Origin: Perna viridis
Lineage: Eukaryota
DNA: 64,000 nucleotides
Reading direction: 5' to 3'
Assembly: GCA_037379345.1 (NCBI GenBank)
Contig: CM074518.1
Span: 18,786,001 to 18,850,000, forward strand
This document shows, one piece after another, positions 28,301 to 40,888 of the stretch (the stretch's first letter is position 1; each line of letters opens with the position of its first letter). Under the pieces are notes generated by a model. It was given only the letters and a program-made list of their open reading frames with translations. It was not told the DNA's origin and made no database searches. The position numbers and the translations under genes were made by a program.

Positions 28301-31300
28301 TATAAAACAAAATATTACGGAAACGAGAGTATTATATTTGATTTACACTTCAAAAGTAAACCCCTTTCATTGATATGTCAATAATCAAAACATTAGAATG
28401 AAACTGTGCCCTATGATCCTACAAAAAGTTGTCATTACGACCAAAACTATATGCTTCATCACTCTATCTAAAAAGGAAAGGTCCATAAAAGTCTCCAGGT
28501 CACGTACATCAGTCGTTTAAGAAATGTTATACGCCTTCAAAAGAACTGATTTGTATCGCCATCCAGAAACATGTTTCACAATCATGAAAATGCTCATATT
28601 TAAACATTTACATACCGGTTGAAACAACTTGAGATCTTGCAGGCGGGATGGGTACATCTTGCTGCACTGATTCATCTGTATAAATGGCAACCATTAAAAG
28701 ACAAAAACATATTTACAAAACATGCTTATTAGGTGTAAATGATTGTTTCACATGAATTCTCTATAGGCTTTACGAAATTTGTCAATAAATGGAATCCAAA
28801 ATAATCTATTAAAGATATAACATTCTGTTACAAAAATAAAAGTTAAAGCTCCTCTGTGACATCAAGAGAAAATGAAACATATATTACTAATTAGCTCAAA
28901 CAATTCAATCAGTGTCACATGATATCTTCTTAATATAGCTACAATGTTTTTCAAATACAAATTCTAAGTTCAAAATGGTTAATTGATTTTTTTTCTCCTG
29001 AAGGCATAGAATGTGGAAGACTTTATGAAAACGGTGTGATAATTAATTCAAGTACGGTGTAAATGTACTTTACTCAATCCTAAAGCATGAGTAGAATATA
29101 TTTGTGTAAATATGGGTAATTCGATTAGCATACAGAAACTTTCTATTTGATTAACATGATGTATTATTTTCAGATTGTTTGAATGAATGTTTTATTCTTT
29201 CATTCTACAGTGGACTAACTTTAGTATTTTTTTAATTGTTTCAGATGAAAAGTTAAAAAGGATACGTTAGCATGAAGTAATATCAGATTTCTCAATATAA
29301 TGACGTCGCGTTAAATATTCCACGCCACTTTTTAACTTCTTTTGAAAACAAAAACAAAACACGTATTATGTCTACCTCCCTTACCTACGTTTAAGTCTTG
29401 ATCAAGCATTTCTATCGTTTTATCGTGCATGCGCTAAATCCATGTACGACATTATTGAAATATGTTGAAGTGATAAAATAAGATTCATTTAACCTTTTAT
29501 TCCATTCACCATTTTCATTACACCAAATTGTCGATAGTTTCACACCATTGAGCGTTTTACTAAAAACTGTACTCCTTCGAAGAAAATTGTTATCGCCTAT
29601 ACACCTTTCATTATTCCAATAAACATTAAAGCAAATCATATAATTCTCTATCAGTCCACATAAACACACCCTAACAATTGTACTAATTTGCTTTCGAAAG
29701 TGAAAACTTATTCTTTGAGGTAAACTTAACTCCTCTAGATCAATAGGGTTTCACTTACCTAAAACGCTCAGTCGAGATGGTGGCTTTGTAAAAGCATACC
29801 CTATGAAAAATTGTACGTACTGTATTTCAACTATACAACATATAGATATTGTCAAAATTAATTTTTCTGTACTCATAAAAATGTCCAATAGTTTATTTCC
29901 CTGTAAATGGTAATTCAAAACACATATCATCGAACTTTAACACTTATTTTTTTCTATATTAGAAACGCGATTACTTTCAGTTTTGTTAACGGTCCCACAA
30001 AGTGACAATTATAATCTAATATTTTCAAAGGCTTTGGTATTTTAGACCGGTATACCATAGCTGAAATAAGAGAACAGAAGCTTGGTATTTATGGTTTACC
30101 AGAATGAAAGACTGAAACAACTTCAGAGAACAGGGAATAAAAGTATATGTTCCTTGTTAAGTGTGTGTCTGTTTTCCCGGGCTACTCCTTATCTTGTCTT
30201 TTGATTTCCTCTTGAATATCGGTTCCCTTTATTTGTCTTTGTATTTTGACTCCTATTTCAACATTACTTCATGACTCCATTATATCAACAAAAGATGACA
30301 ATTTAGTGATACCGTTAATCATTTTTCAATGCATGAACTTCTAAATTTTGAAATTTCTATTTAAATATAATTTACCTCTTGATGTTCTGGACACGTCTCT
30401 ATATAATATATCATCTATAGATTAAAGAAAATTACGTAGGATTTGCCTTTTAATTATTTTAATGTATTTTGTCCAACAAATTCGAAAATTATAACATTGA
30501 TATGGCCCAAAATGTTCTTATTTGGACTCAATAAAAATCTATTGTATATTGAGAAGACGTTTATTGGATTTTGAGTAATAAATGTAAAATGTCCGGTTTT
30601 ATTTAACAATATTGCGCATGCGGGAGTAAATTCAATAGAATGTCATATCGTTTAATATTGTTACTGGATATTATAGACATGGCTTGGAGGAAGAAAATTT
30701 ACCGCAGTACATGTAAAATATTTCAAAGTTGTCGGACCTGATTTGCTTTTAAAAGATGTTTTGCAGATACAACAATATATTTATGAGGATAAAATAACAA
30801 CTACTTTGCAAATATATTGGTGAATGCCTTTTCGTAAAAATAACAATTTTAGTGACAATTTTATGATATTTCAAATTCTTGATACTACGGGTGTTTGCTA
30901 GCAAAATTAAAAAAAAAAAAAGCTATTTTTAGTGAGTGTGTTATACATTAACTTTTACTCATGTCGAATTCAACATTGACTCCAACATTGGTTTTTGAAC
31001 TAAATACCCAAAGAGAAACCATTACCTTACCTGACTTGGCTGATCTAGATGACATTAAACTTAACATCCTTGGGGAATTCATTGTACTCAGTTGTCCTGT
31101 AGGAAAATACAACAAAAATAAATCTAAGATGTAAATGATTGTTTAGCTATTGGTTCGGGGTTTTTATTTATTTCTGTATCAGTGTTATACTTTTGTTTGT
31201 TATGTGTTTAATTTCAATTACTGTCATAATTTTCATTACACTGTTTTTATTTTTTTTAAATAGCTATCATTTTAAAAATCATGATTATTGTCCATTTCCC

Positions 31301-34300
31301 TAACGTTCTGTATATCGCTCACCGACCTGTTGTCATTCTAGACAGGCTTCTTGATGGCAAATTTCCTGAAACATTAAATGATGAAATGTAAACAGAAAAA
31401 AATCTACATGAAAAATGAACCTTAAAATCATTGCCGTTACATGGTAACTACCTTATTATGTGAACACATGAATAATAATAAAGTAAAAAGTATTTCACTG
31501 GTAAATGGAACTAAATACAAATAAAATGCAAACAATACGTGATATAATAAAGAAAGAAGGTATATATAAACACTCGAACATTGACTATATTGTCTTGTTT
31601 TAATACCAATTGTAGAGACGCCATATCGTCTGGAAAGTTCTTAATATTAAACAAATCTTTATAAAAGTCTACAGGTTTACTTTTACATTTAAACGTAAGA
31701 GTACCATGAAACACTAAACCATTAATTTTGATTTACTTGAGTAAAGTCGTTATTTCATAATACTAGTTTGAAGAAAAATAATCTGTATTATTGAAAAATT
31801 TAATACTGTAGTACGCTAATAATCATACCATTACAATTGAGTTGATAAAATGAAATTGAAAAGATACAATTAAAGCAATTATTTAAATAAAATCTCGGGG
31901 GGAAAAGATGGCTATTAACAAACTTTCAGAATGCTAAACAGAAATTAATAGGTACAACACAATGAATGATTACTCTTCACAAAAGCTTTTACTTAGTCAC
32001 ATTTTTGTGCAAGACCTGTTCACAAGTTAACATTATTCTAGCAAAAAAAATCAATAAATTTTATTCCTTTCTTCTGCAATGGATTGCCCAAAACTGTAAT
32101 AATTATTTAAATACAAACATAACGTCATGATCATTTCCAGACGCATTTCGGGTTGTTTGGATGACAAAAATATATGAATATAGATCATGTATCTTATTTA
32201 CTGATATATTTACCTGACAAAAGTGGCGGTGAAGTCTTAAATGAATGTTTTCCTGCATTAAAAAGAAGGGAGAAAATGAGAAAAAATGAAATAAAATAGA
32301 TGCTTTGACACAGTGTGTCGGGAATCCTGATCTTGCACCTAGGCTCTTGTCGGGTTTTGCTCACTTGCATTGCAATGGGTGCCGCTTGCGAAGCAGGACA
32401 TGCTTACCTTTCCGGAGCACTAAATATCACTTACGATTTTATTTTATTTTATTTTATTTTTTTATTTTTTTTTTTTTTTTGGGGGGGGGGGGGTTAGCTC
32501 ATTATGCTTTTGTTTTAGTTTTTGTGCGATGTCTTGTATCCCAGTCTTTAGTTTTTATAAATGTTATTGCATTTAATTCTGTTTGCTTCATTGTGTGTGG
32601 AGATCGACTCTGTTTTCATGTCAAGGCCATTATTAGTCCTTCAGTATCTTTTCAGATATTTATACACGAATTATTAGAAAGAGATCAAATTCTTACAGTA
32701 AACTTAAGAAAACAACAGCATTAAGACTACACATGATAAATATCTTCAATAAAATTTGAATTGCATGTTTGAACATGACACATAAGTCATCTTGATCATG
32801 TTTGTGTCTACAAACTATTTATGTATATGTACATTTTTGGATTTTCATAAAATATTACAGCTAAGGTAATCACTTAAACATACTTACGTTTATTGTAAGA
32901 GTACTGTCCGAGGGCATTAAACTTATACCCCGCTGTGTTTATACATTCCCCGTTTACCAGTATATGCGCAACGTATTTACCAGGCTTTTGAGCTTCGAAT
33001 AAGACTTTGTACGTTCCATCTTTGTCAGTGTAATCTTCGGCATGTGGTCTTATGATATCATTATCAGGGTCTAATATCTCAACAGATATGTCTGCAGTGG
33101 CTGTAAATATGCTTAATTACTTTTGTTACTTTGTATGTATTAATTTGGTTATGTTATGTTCTTTGTTGTGATTTTCTGTTTTCCATGTCTGATCTTTGTC
33201 CCTAGATTACATTCTTTTGATTTTCGCTAGAATCTTGATTCCCTTGATTATTCATTCAATGAATGAATATTTTGAATGAAATAATAGTTCTTCTCATGTC
33301 TTAGAAATACCATTACCTAGTTAATAGATAAATGATGTTTTTCTCTATGTATTTAATCATGCTTAAACTATGAGTAAGGTCTTGTAGAGTAAACATAACG
33401 AAATTATGTGCAAAATCCTTCATTTGTTATCACTTAACAATTTAAGTAGTAGTCTTTGTAAGAATCATGCAAATTCTGTAATATATGTGATACACCCCAA
33501 AAAGGCCATGTATGTTTATTTTGTAGCTAATTAGTTGCTTTATAGGTCTATATAATCAAATGTATAATTATTAATTCCAATCTGTCTGCTCTTAGGAGTT
33601 AATTCTCATTGTACATTCAAAAGTTTCTATTGTATTGTAGTGTCGTTTACAGACTCATCGCTCTTAATGTTGAATTCTACAGTACATTCTATACATTCTA
33701 TAAAGCACGGATTATATGAAAAGACACATATTAATTTCTGTTAGCTATTGCATTTTAAACAAAACATAAAATGTGAAAATATGTAGGCTTTCCAACCATG
33801 AATCACATTTTGCATGATTTTTACCTAGAGTACTACTTAAAACGCTTTTGCCATTGCATTGAAAAATCGGTGTATCATTCAGCAGTTTTGCGCATATATA
33901 TTAATATATACTAGCAGTTGGACTTGCCATAATAAACTGGATTACGATCTTTACTGAACAATCGTATAATTAGTTGGTCTTACCATCATATACAGGAATG
34001 AGATCTTTACTGAACAATCGTATAGTTAAAACTACTTTCTCCTCATCCACTGCTGTATCACTAGGAACTACGACTGTATTTGATATGCAAATTTTTGACG
34101 ACCCAGAAACTCTGTGAGCTGTTGGTACGTATACTTTTGGAGGTTGAAACGTTTGTGAAGATTCCTGTGATTGTTTATCCATACTTGGTGGTACAGATAG
34201 TCTTTCGCTTGATATGCTCAGTTGTCGAACATATGACTAAAATATTAAGTTATCAAAATAATGAAACAGTGTAACAATTACTGCTTGTTCAAAGTAAGTG

Positions 34301-34612
34301 GTGATGAAGATCAGAATGTACAACTGTTATTGTTAATATGTGATTATCATTTCCTTGTTAGTTTACTAATTTTAATATCATGCAAAACAAATTATAAGAT
34401 TACAGTTTTAACAATATATGATGACGTGCAATTGTTGGTATTTCTGATACATTTTCATTTAAATGTTAACTGATGCTTTTGTAACATTTGATTTTTTTTC
34501 ATATCCTTACCTTATACATACAGTCAGACTTTTATCCTTACCTTATACATACAGTCAGACTTTTATCCTTACCTTATACATACAGTCAGACTTTTATCCT
34601 TACCTTATACAT
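25381..34612 (-). CDS. TRIM-derived filamin + B30.2/SPRY-like protein lacking RING/B-box/coiled coil (gene A), ~487 aa
   Basis: Exons (minus): putative MYK 34612-34604; 34236-33984; filamin exon 33100-32888 (ISVEILDPDNDIIRPHAEDYTDKDGTYKVLFEAQKPGKYVAHILVNGECIN); micro-exons 32252-32214, 31365-31327, 31096-31031, 30414-30376, 29800-29759, 29411-29385, 28675-28616; SPRY-like exon 26057-25381 (FDAAVSHPSIDVSRD..GLFYWEITV..FGCLLD..PLWPVFALYN). The chain is open. The alternative start is ATG 34182. The filamin and SPRY exons are clearly homologous to genes B and C. Confidence 0.8.
27964..28290 (+). repeat. Interspersed repeat, copy 1 (copy 2 at 33447-33837)
   Basis: Shared blocks GTCTTTGT.AGAATCATGCAA, GTTGCTTTATAGGTCTATAT, GCTCTTAGGA, TTCTACAGTACATTCT in the same order and orientation. 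Confidence 0.75.
32345..32600 (+). mobile_element. PLE-associated 3' UTR fragment (related subfamily)
   Basis: GAAGCAGGACATGCTTACCTTTCCGGAGCAC is a variant of the GAAAACCAGAGGACGATTACCCTATCGGTGCAC core at 961-993. Confidence 0.5.
33118..33254 (+). mobile_element. PLE 3' UTR fragment
   Basis: CTGTTTTCCATGTCTGATCTTTGTCCCTAGATTACATTCTTTTGATT..CCCTTGATTA matches the consensus. Confidence 0.75.
33447..33837 (+). repeat. Interspersed repeat, copy 2 (copy 1 at 27964-28290)
   Basis: Same shared sequence blocks as copy 1. Confidence 0.75.
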
Positions 34613-34627
34613 ACAGTCAGACTTTTA
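34502..34627. repeat. Perfect 31-bp tandem repeat x4 (TATCCTTACCTTATACATACAGTCAGACTTT)
   Basis: Four identical units starting at 34502, 34533, 34564 and 34595. Confidence 0.97.
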
Positions 34628-35102
34628 CATTGATCTCATTAAATAGACTTTCAATGTAAATATGTGTGCTCAAAGTCAAAATCTTTGAGTAAGGTGACGT
34701 CCGTACTCTGAAAATCGATGAAGAATCATTAAAAATTGTCATAGGGATAAACTAGATTTATCCAACGTTTCTTTAAGTTAGATCGTCTCATTGTACAGAG
34801 TATCTTTTTTGTCATCTAGTCATATAGAAAATTCAATTTAACTGCATGAGCAAATTCTGTTTCGAAAGATTAAACATGTTGTTTGTAAATGATTTGAAAA
34901 GTTTTTGCCTTGCAACTATAACAAACACTTGTCCGTCGAAAGTCTCGTGGTAGACCGTGACTGTTCGACTCAAGCTAGCCTTGAGTCAAACAAATGTTCG
35001 GTGGCGTGTCGATCCCTTGTTTTCTTTTTTTAAATGTGTAAAAATGTAATGCAAGTGTTTTTTTTATATATTCATAAATGTTTTATATAAAAATAAATGA
35101 TT

Positions 35103-35173
35103 GTGTCTGGTCTTTGTCCCTGGATTACATTCTTTTGATTACCGCTATAACCTAGGTTCCCTTGATTATTCTT
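35103..35173 (+). mobile_element. PLE 3' terminal fragment
   Basis: TGTCTGGTCTTTGTCCCTGGATTACATTCTTTTGATTACCGCTATAAC is identical to 1103-1150. Confidence 0.8.
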
Positions 35174-36287
35174 CCTTATACATTTTGTATAAAATTTTAA
35201 TAGAAATCATTAACATCAAGACTCAATTACTAATTATACATTCGATTACCTATATTTTCTTCAAATTAAAGTAATAAAGTTTGTTATCCAACATCATCTA
35301 TTGTGAAAATAAGGATTTTTTTGTTTTTGAATTAACATTAGGTTTGATCTACCTTAGTTATAACATCTGATAAATTAAGCGTATACGAATATTGTGTAAA
35401 CTAAACGTCGTTGAAAGCGGACACGCATAAAAATGCATTACTCATCATCGTCGAAAACAAAATCGGGTACATCTTTGGCATTGGCGGTGTACCTATATCT
35501 GAGTCAGTATTTTTTTTCACGTTTTCAAAAATGTTTTCCTACCTAGCAATCGTTGTATTAATCTCCATTTGTAAGGTTTCTTAAAAGAACAACAAGAAAC
35601 TTTAAACCTTATAGTTATAGACAATAACATTTGTCACTTACACTCTTAACGTCTTTTGGATTAAGAACCCATGGTTATACAGTTAACGATTCTTTTCATT
35701 TATTGTATAGCAAAGTAATGGTAACATGGAATATTACCCACAAAATCAAGAAACGCTTGAATTACGTCAGGTTATTATAATGTTAAAAGCCCATGTATTA
35801 GGAACATTGAGATGTCAGGAAAAGGTTGAAACCAAGTGTTGGCAAACATTTATTTAGCAATAGTCTCGTTGTAAGTATATTTCTTATTATACATATTTAT
35901 TTTTTTAGTAACCGTTTTCATAACATGGTGTTAATTTTTTAATTGTATTTTGCAAAAAAAAAATACCTCAAGCAAACGGTTATCGTGTTCGTTATCAGAT
36001 ATCATATTATTCGGGTATCGATATAGCTATTACAAGATCTAGTGTTTGAATTTATTCAGGTAGTATTGAAATTCTTGAGATGAATACAACGATTTAAAGA
36101 TGTTTTGAAAAACCTCAAATAATGACTTAAGATTAAAGTACGTCTTTACTTCATAATTTTATATGCAACTTTAGGAAATGTATCTAGTATAAAGTGTCTT
36201 ACATGTATGTGTAAGTAAATTTCATCAACTGTAGTGAGAAATCTTTAAAATTTCGCTTTTCAGAGTTTTCAAGAGTATAATTCCAAG

Positions 36288-39200
36288 ATGTCAACAGCGA
36301 CGTACCACCCGGTGATGACACAACCTCTCCGTGTACCAAGCAAGTCCTCGATTCGTCCACAGATTGAGCACGTACGGCAAAAATTTTTAGAATGTTACGT
36401 TTGCAACGAAGAATTTGATGACGTTGAACATATTCCAAGAGTTCTTCCATGTCTTCATTGCGTATGTGAAGGATGTCTCGAGACAATGAAAACACGTGAC
36501 TCTGTCGTCTGCCCAGAGTGTAACGAATCACACACCATTCCTAATGGTAACATAAAAACCTTCCACAAGGACGGATGTCGGGGATATCTAACAAAATATC
36601 TAAAGGTGCAGACAGATGAAGCAGCTATTGCATGTGATGAATGCACCAATAAAAGACGCGGAACGCATCGCTGTAAAGAATGCTCCCAATTTCTTTGTAA
36701 CGATTGTACAGATGCACACTTGAAGACAAAAGTTACAAAGAAGCACGAGATTACCAATGTAAACGACCTCAAAGAATGCACGATTGAAGAATTTCAGTCC
36801 GTCCAACAATGTACAGTAAAAGGTCATGAAGGCCAGGGCTTTACGTATTACTGTGTTTCTAATTCCTGTGATAAGCCTGTGTGTGCCCTTTGTGCAGTTG
36901 AGTTTCACCCTGATTCCAAAAATCACAAATTACGAACACTGACAGACGTTTATGCAGAAACCAAAAGAACTATTGATAGTCTGGTATCGGAAGTGAAGCA
37001 CAAACAGTTAACGGCAGACAGCGCGATAAATAACGTTGATGATATTATAACAAATCTAGACAGTGTTAAAGAAAGATTGACTGAAGATATCGATATGGCT
37101 TTCGAAAAATGTCAGAAAATGCTCGATGAGAGGAAAGAAGAAGTGATGAATGAGCTGTTAACCGCTGTCAGTATGAAGAAAAAACGACTTCAAGATCAAC
37201 TGAGTACTTTAAACTTCCATAAAGGAAACCTTGATGATTCCAATGAATTTGCAATTTGTTCTTATACATATGCATCACCTACAGAATTCATGAATGTTAA
37301 ACATCAAATTATTGATCGATTGCAAGACCTGAATTCCCGCCAACTTGATACGATTCCACATGATAATGCTGATGTACAGGTGACGCTATCATTGCTCATG
37401 CTAAAACAAAATAGAAAATAGCATTGCAACATTATGCAATTATAGCAATTGAGCTGGAACGATCTTTATTAGAAAAGGATTACACGTACTTTGATCATTG
37501 CGTTGATTACGATACAAAAGATGCAATTTACTTTTGCATTTTAGCTTAAATTGTACGTCTAAAGGCCCAAACAAACAGAAATGACACAAAAAATCATGTT
37601 TATATAAAACGTACAAATAAAATTACCAAGTGAATTTACACTTGTAGTTAGATCATTGACATAGAGTAAGTAATAAACGAATTTTGCAACCATTTAATAC
37701 ACTAACAAGTATTTCTCTCTCTTTCATTGCAGTTCAATAAGAAAAACATGAATGAAGACTTCAAGCTCTTTACGGAAAGAGTCGGAAAAATATCGACGTC
37801 CTCTCCACATTCGTTGAACGCCAGTGTGACTGTGAATGACATACCGGTGGATGTTGAAGACGTTCCCATTACTATCCATGTAAACGGTGTCGAGAACGCT
37901 GCTTCAGCAGAAGGTTTTAAGTGATATTATATTTGTTAAGAGTAGTATATTCGTATACCTAACTAAATAACATTAAACTTTCATTCAACCATTTCCAACA
38001 ATCATTTAGTTACGTTAAAAAATAATACGATCAAGATCATGCTTTTAACGGCTTGGATATCAAGTAATATTTACCTGCCACCTGTTACTTTTCGTAAATT
38101 TACTTACAGAATTGCGATGATTTTCAATTATGCTGTACATTTACACGACTTAATTTTGCAGGTAGCGTTGATATGAAAGTAGAAATCAGAGATCCAGATG
38201 GAAGAATACACCGACCAACAGTGGAAGACTTTACCAAGAAACAAGGTTGCTACAAAGTCTACTTCTTAACTTCAAAGCTTGGAAGACACAAGGCTACTAT
38301 ATTGGTAAATGGTGAAAGTATCAATGCAGAGGGGTATAAATTTCACGTTTTACCACATGGAACCGGTAGACAGTCGGCTACTCACAGTAAGTTTTATTAG
38401 AAGCTCTTTGTCAAACATCTTGTTCCTATTGTTATGATACATTCATATAACACATTTTCAATTCACTTAGTCATTTGACTATGGTTTAGGTTTGCCGTAG
38501 CTTTTTGTTTGACAAATTTTGAGAATGAATAATTAGCATACATATCGTCAAACAATAGAAATCCGCAAACAAACCACAGCCTAGAACAATAAGACAAAGT
38601 GGTCATACACAACACAAACGTATTTTTAGAAAGTACATACAGAAACGACTGTCTATGAAAAATGTGAGCCGTTTATTTTATTTTTATTTTTTTTATAACA
38701 CTTCGGAACATCTTAGTGTCGTGTGAAGAATTGTCAGCATAGGTAAACATTAACATGTAGCCAATCACCATCTAGAAAAAAAATTGGTAAATGGCCGCTA
38801 TTAAAGAAAAACGAACTAGTTTTATTTCCAAACTTTTGTACATACATCATTGCTATTTTCAAATATACGAAAATTTTCTCTACGTTGACGGGGAAAATTA
38901 CTACATTAATTTTATTAATTGCTATGAAATTATTCCTGTATAAATAAGAAACCAAGTGAGTGTATGCATGATGTTTCATATCACTTATTCTACCAGGAAT
39001 TCCAGGATTAATACCTATATTGCTTTTAAGGGCCAACACGAGTTCATTCGCCACCTAATGTGACACACGGGATTGCAATATCTCCGACTAATTCAGGTAG
39101 AATAAATAATATATTTACATAATTACAATCAAGGTAAAAACAATTGAGGTTTTACATGCCACTGTATCAATCATATAATGGAAAATGTTCTTCTAATCCT

Positions 39201-40606
39201 ACCATTGAAATTCAATTTTAAAACTGATGTTTTGATAAAAACACCAGACAAATTCTATATATATTGCGATGCATTACTGATTGGAATATATGAATACCAT
39301 ATGCACACTGTGCTTAGATATTAGCCTGAATTAAAATATAAGCAATTTGCGTTGACCAATAATAACATTTCAATCCTTTGGTTTAAACATCATTTTCTTA
39401 TAAATGATTCACGGCTAGGTTTTACCAAAGAAATACAAACAAAATATTAGATATACGTGCATTGTAGATGTAACAATCGTTGGACGAATAACTCCGAGAG
39501 ATATTATGCATGGTGATGTCAACTGTAAGTAAACTCCATTGTGTTGAAATGTTCCTCTTCCTGTATGAGAGTTTGGTACTTATTATTATGTCATTCCATA
39601 AGTGCACAACGTTATCAAGGCTAATTTGTAAAGACGATTTTAAACTTTTATAGTTGTTGTCATATTTATTTGCAACTATGTTATTTTTAAAGAAAATAGT
39701 TCTTTCAAAATCGATTGTGTGAACAGTTTTAAAAATGATATACAAAAATGAAGCGTGGATAAAAGTAATATTGATTATTATGTGGGCAAGAGCTATATAA
39801 CATTTGAATATTTTGTATTGGGACAGCATCATACATAATAATTTTGAATTACAAATCTAGATTCAAAATTGCATTTCTAAAAAAAGTAAACATATCTGCA
39901 GATATTTTGAATTTCAATAGGTGTTGACATGTCATTTGATGCGTCTATTGCGCATGCCAGTGTCGACATATCTCCGGATGGCAAGCTTATGAAGATGAGA
40001 CCCCTGCGTCAACGCAACGATTTAAGATTCCGGGAATCAGAGGCCAGAGGTCGAAGGTTAAAGAACTACAAAGGAACGATTGCTACGAAGTCGTTTAACA
40101 AGGCCGGTCTGATATACTGGGAATGTGTGGTTCAGTACAAAGTTCTGCGTCTTATACGTCAGACCATGCTATTTGAAATGGGCTTGGCCAGACATGAGTA
40201 TGTTGACAAACACTACACTGTTGATGGATATCCCTACGCATGGGCAATAAGTGCCAGGGGATGTCATATTTGCGGCAAAGTCTGTCTACAAACATGGCAC
40301 AATGGTCAGCTAATGACCCATAACCCACTGTCCAATCGCACTGTGACGCCACCAAATATTGTCGTAAGACTTCATTACGGATTCCTCCTAGATGCAACTA
40401 AACGCCATTGGATAATTGTAGATCTGAAAACAAAGAAGGTCATTTTTCACTTTAAGAATTTGGTTATGTCAGAAATGTCCGACCCTCTGTTCCCTGTATT
40501 TGCCATTTACAATCCAGAACAGGTACAGGTTTCTATGGAACTACTCTCTGGTATGAACATAGCCAGTGTGCCCGAGGAAGCATTGGACGCTTTGGTTCTA
40601 ACATAA
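36288..40606 (+). CDS. TRIM E3 ubiquitin ligase-like protein: RING-Bbox1-Bbox2-coiled coil-filamin-B30.2/SPRY-like (gene B), ~768 aa
   Basis: Exons 36288-37379, 37733-37913, 38162-38386, 39031-39096, 39468-39524, 39921-40606 (2307 nt, phases consistent). C3HC4 RING CYVC..PCLHCVCEGC..CPEC; B-box1 CDEC..CKEC..LCNDCTDAH; B-box2 CTVKGH..C..CDKPVCALC..H..H; helical coiled coil; filamin VEIRDPDG..YKVYFLTSKLGRHKATILVNG; SPRY-like FDASIAH..GLIYWECVV..YGFLLD..PLFPVF. Confidence 0.9.
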
Positions 40607-40888
40607 GCATTGTCAAAATACGAAGTCAATAAGAAGTGAAAGCTATAAAAAAAGTCCAACTTTGCATACATGTATGTATGAAATATAAATATGATAACTT
40701 TGATGGTGTTCTATAAATTTTTTACCACCATCTGATTACAACGTTGTCTGAAGAAAGCAAAGAAAAAACTTCTATCGACTGAACCAGTTGAATCGTTACT
40801 TGCCTTATGAATATGTATATTAGTATATTCATTAATATTACATGAGATTCTCATTACATTTTAGATTCGGGTTGCATCTTCAGCCCAT

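Noticed and set aside
31323-31365. Alternative GTGAG donor for a gene A micro-exon
   Set aside because: It gives 43 nt and a frameshift; the GTCGGT donor after 31327 preserves the frame.
34502-34627. CRISPR-like repeat array
   Set aside because: Units are directly adjacent with no spacers, there are no cas genes, and the context is eukaryotic.
36199-36926. Minus-strand ORFs (110, 108, 108 aa) considered as a missing N-terminus for gene A
   Set aside because: They are antisense shadows of gene B exon 1 with no RING/B-box motifs.
38997-39059. Longer version of the first gene B micro-exon using the acceptor at 38996
   Set aside because: It hits an in-frame TAA; the acceptor at 39030 gives an open 66-nt symmetric exon.
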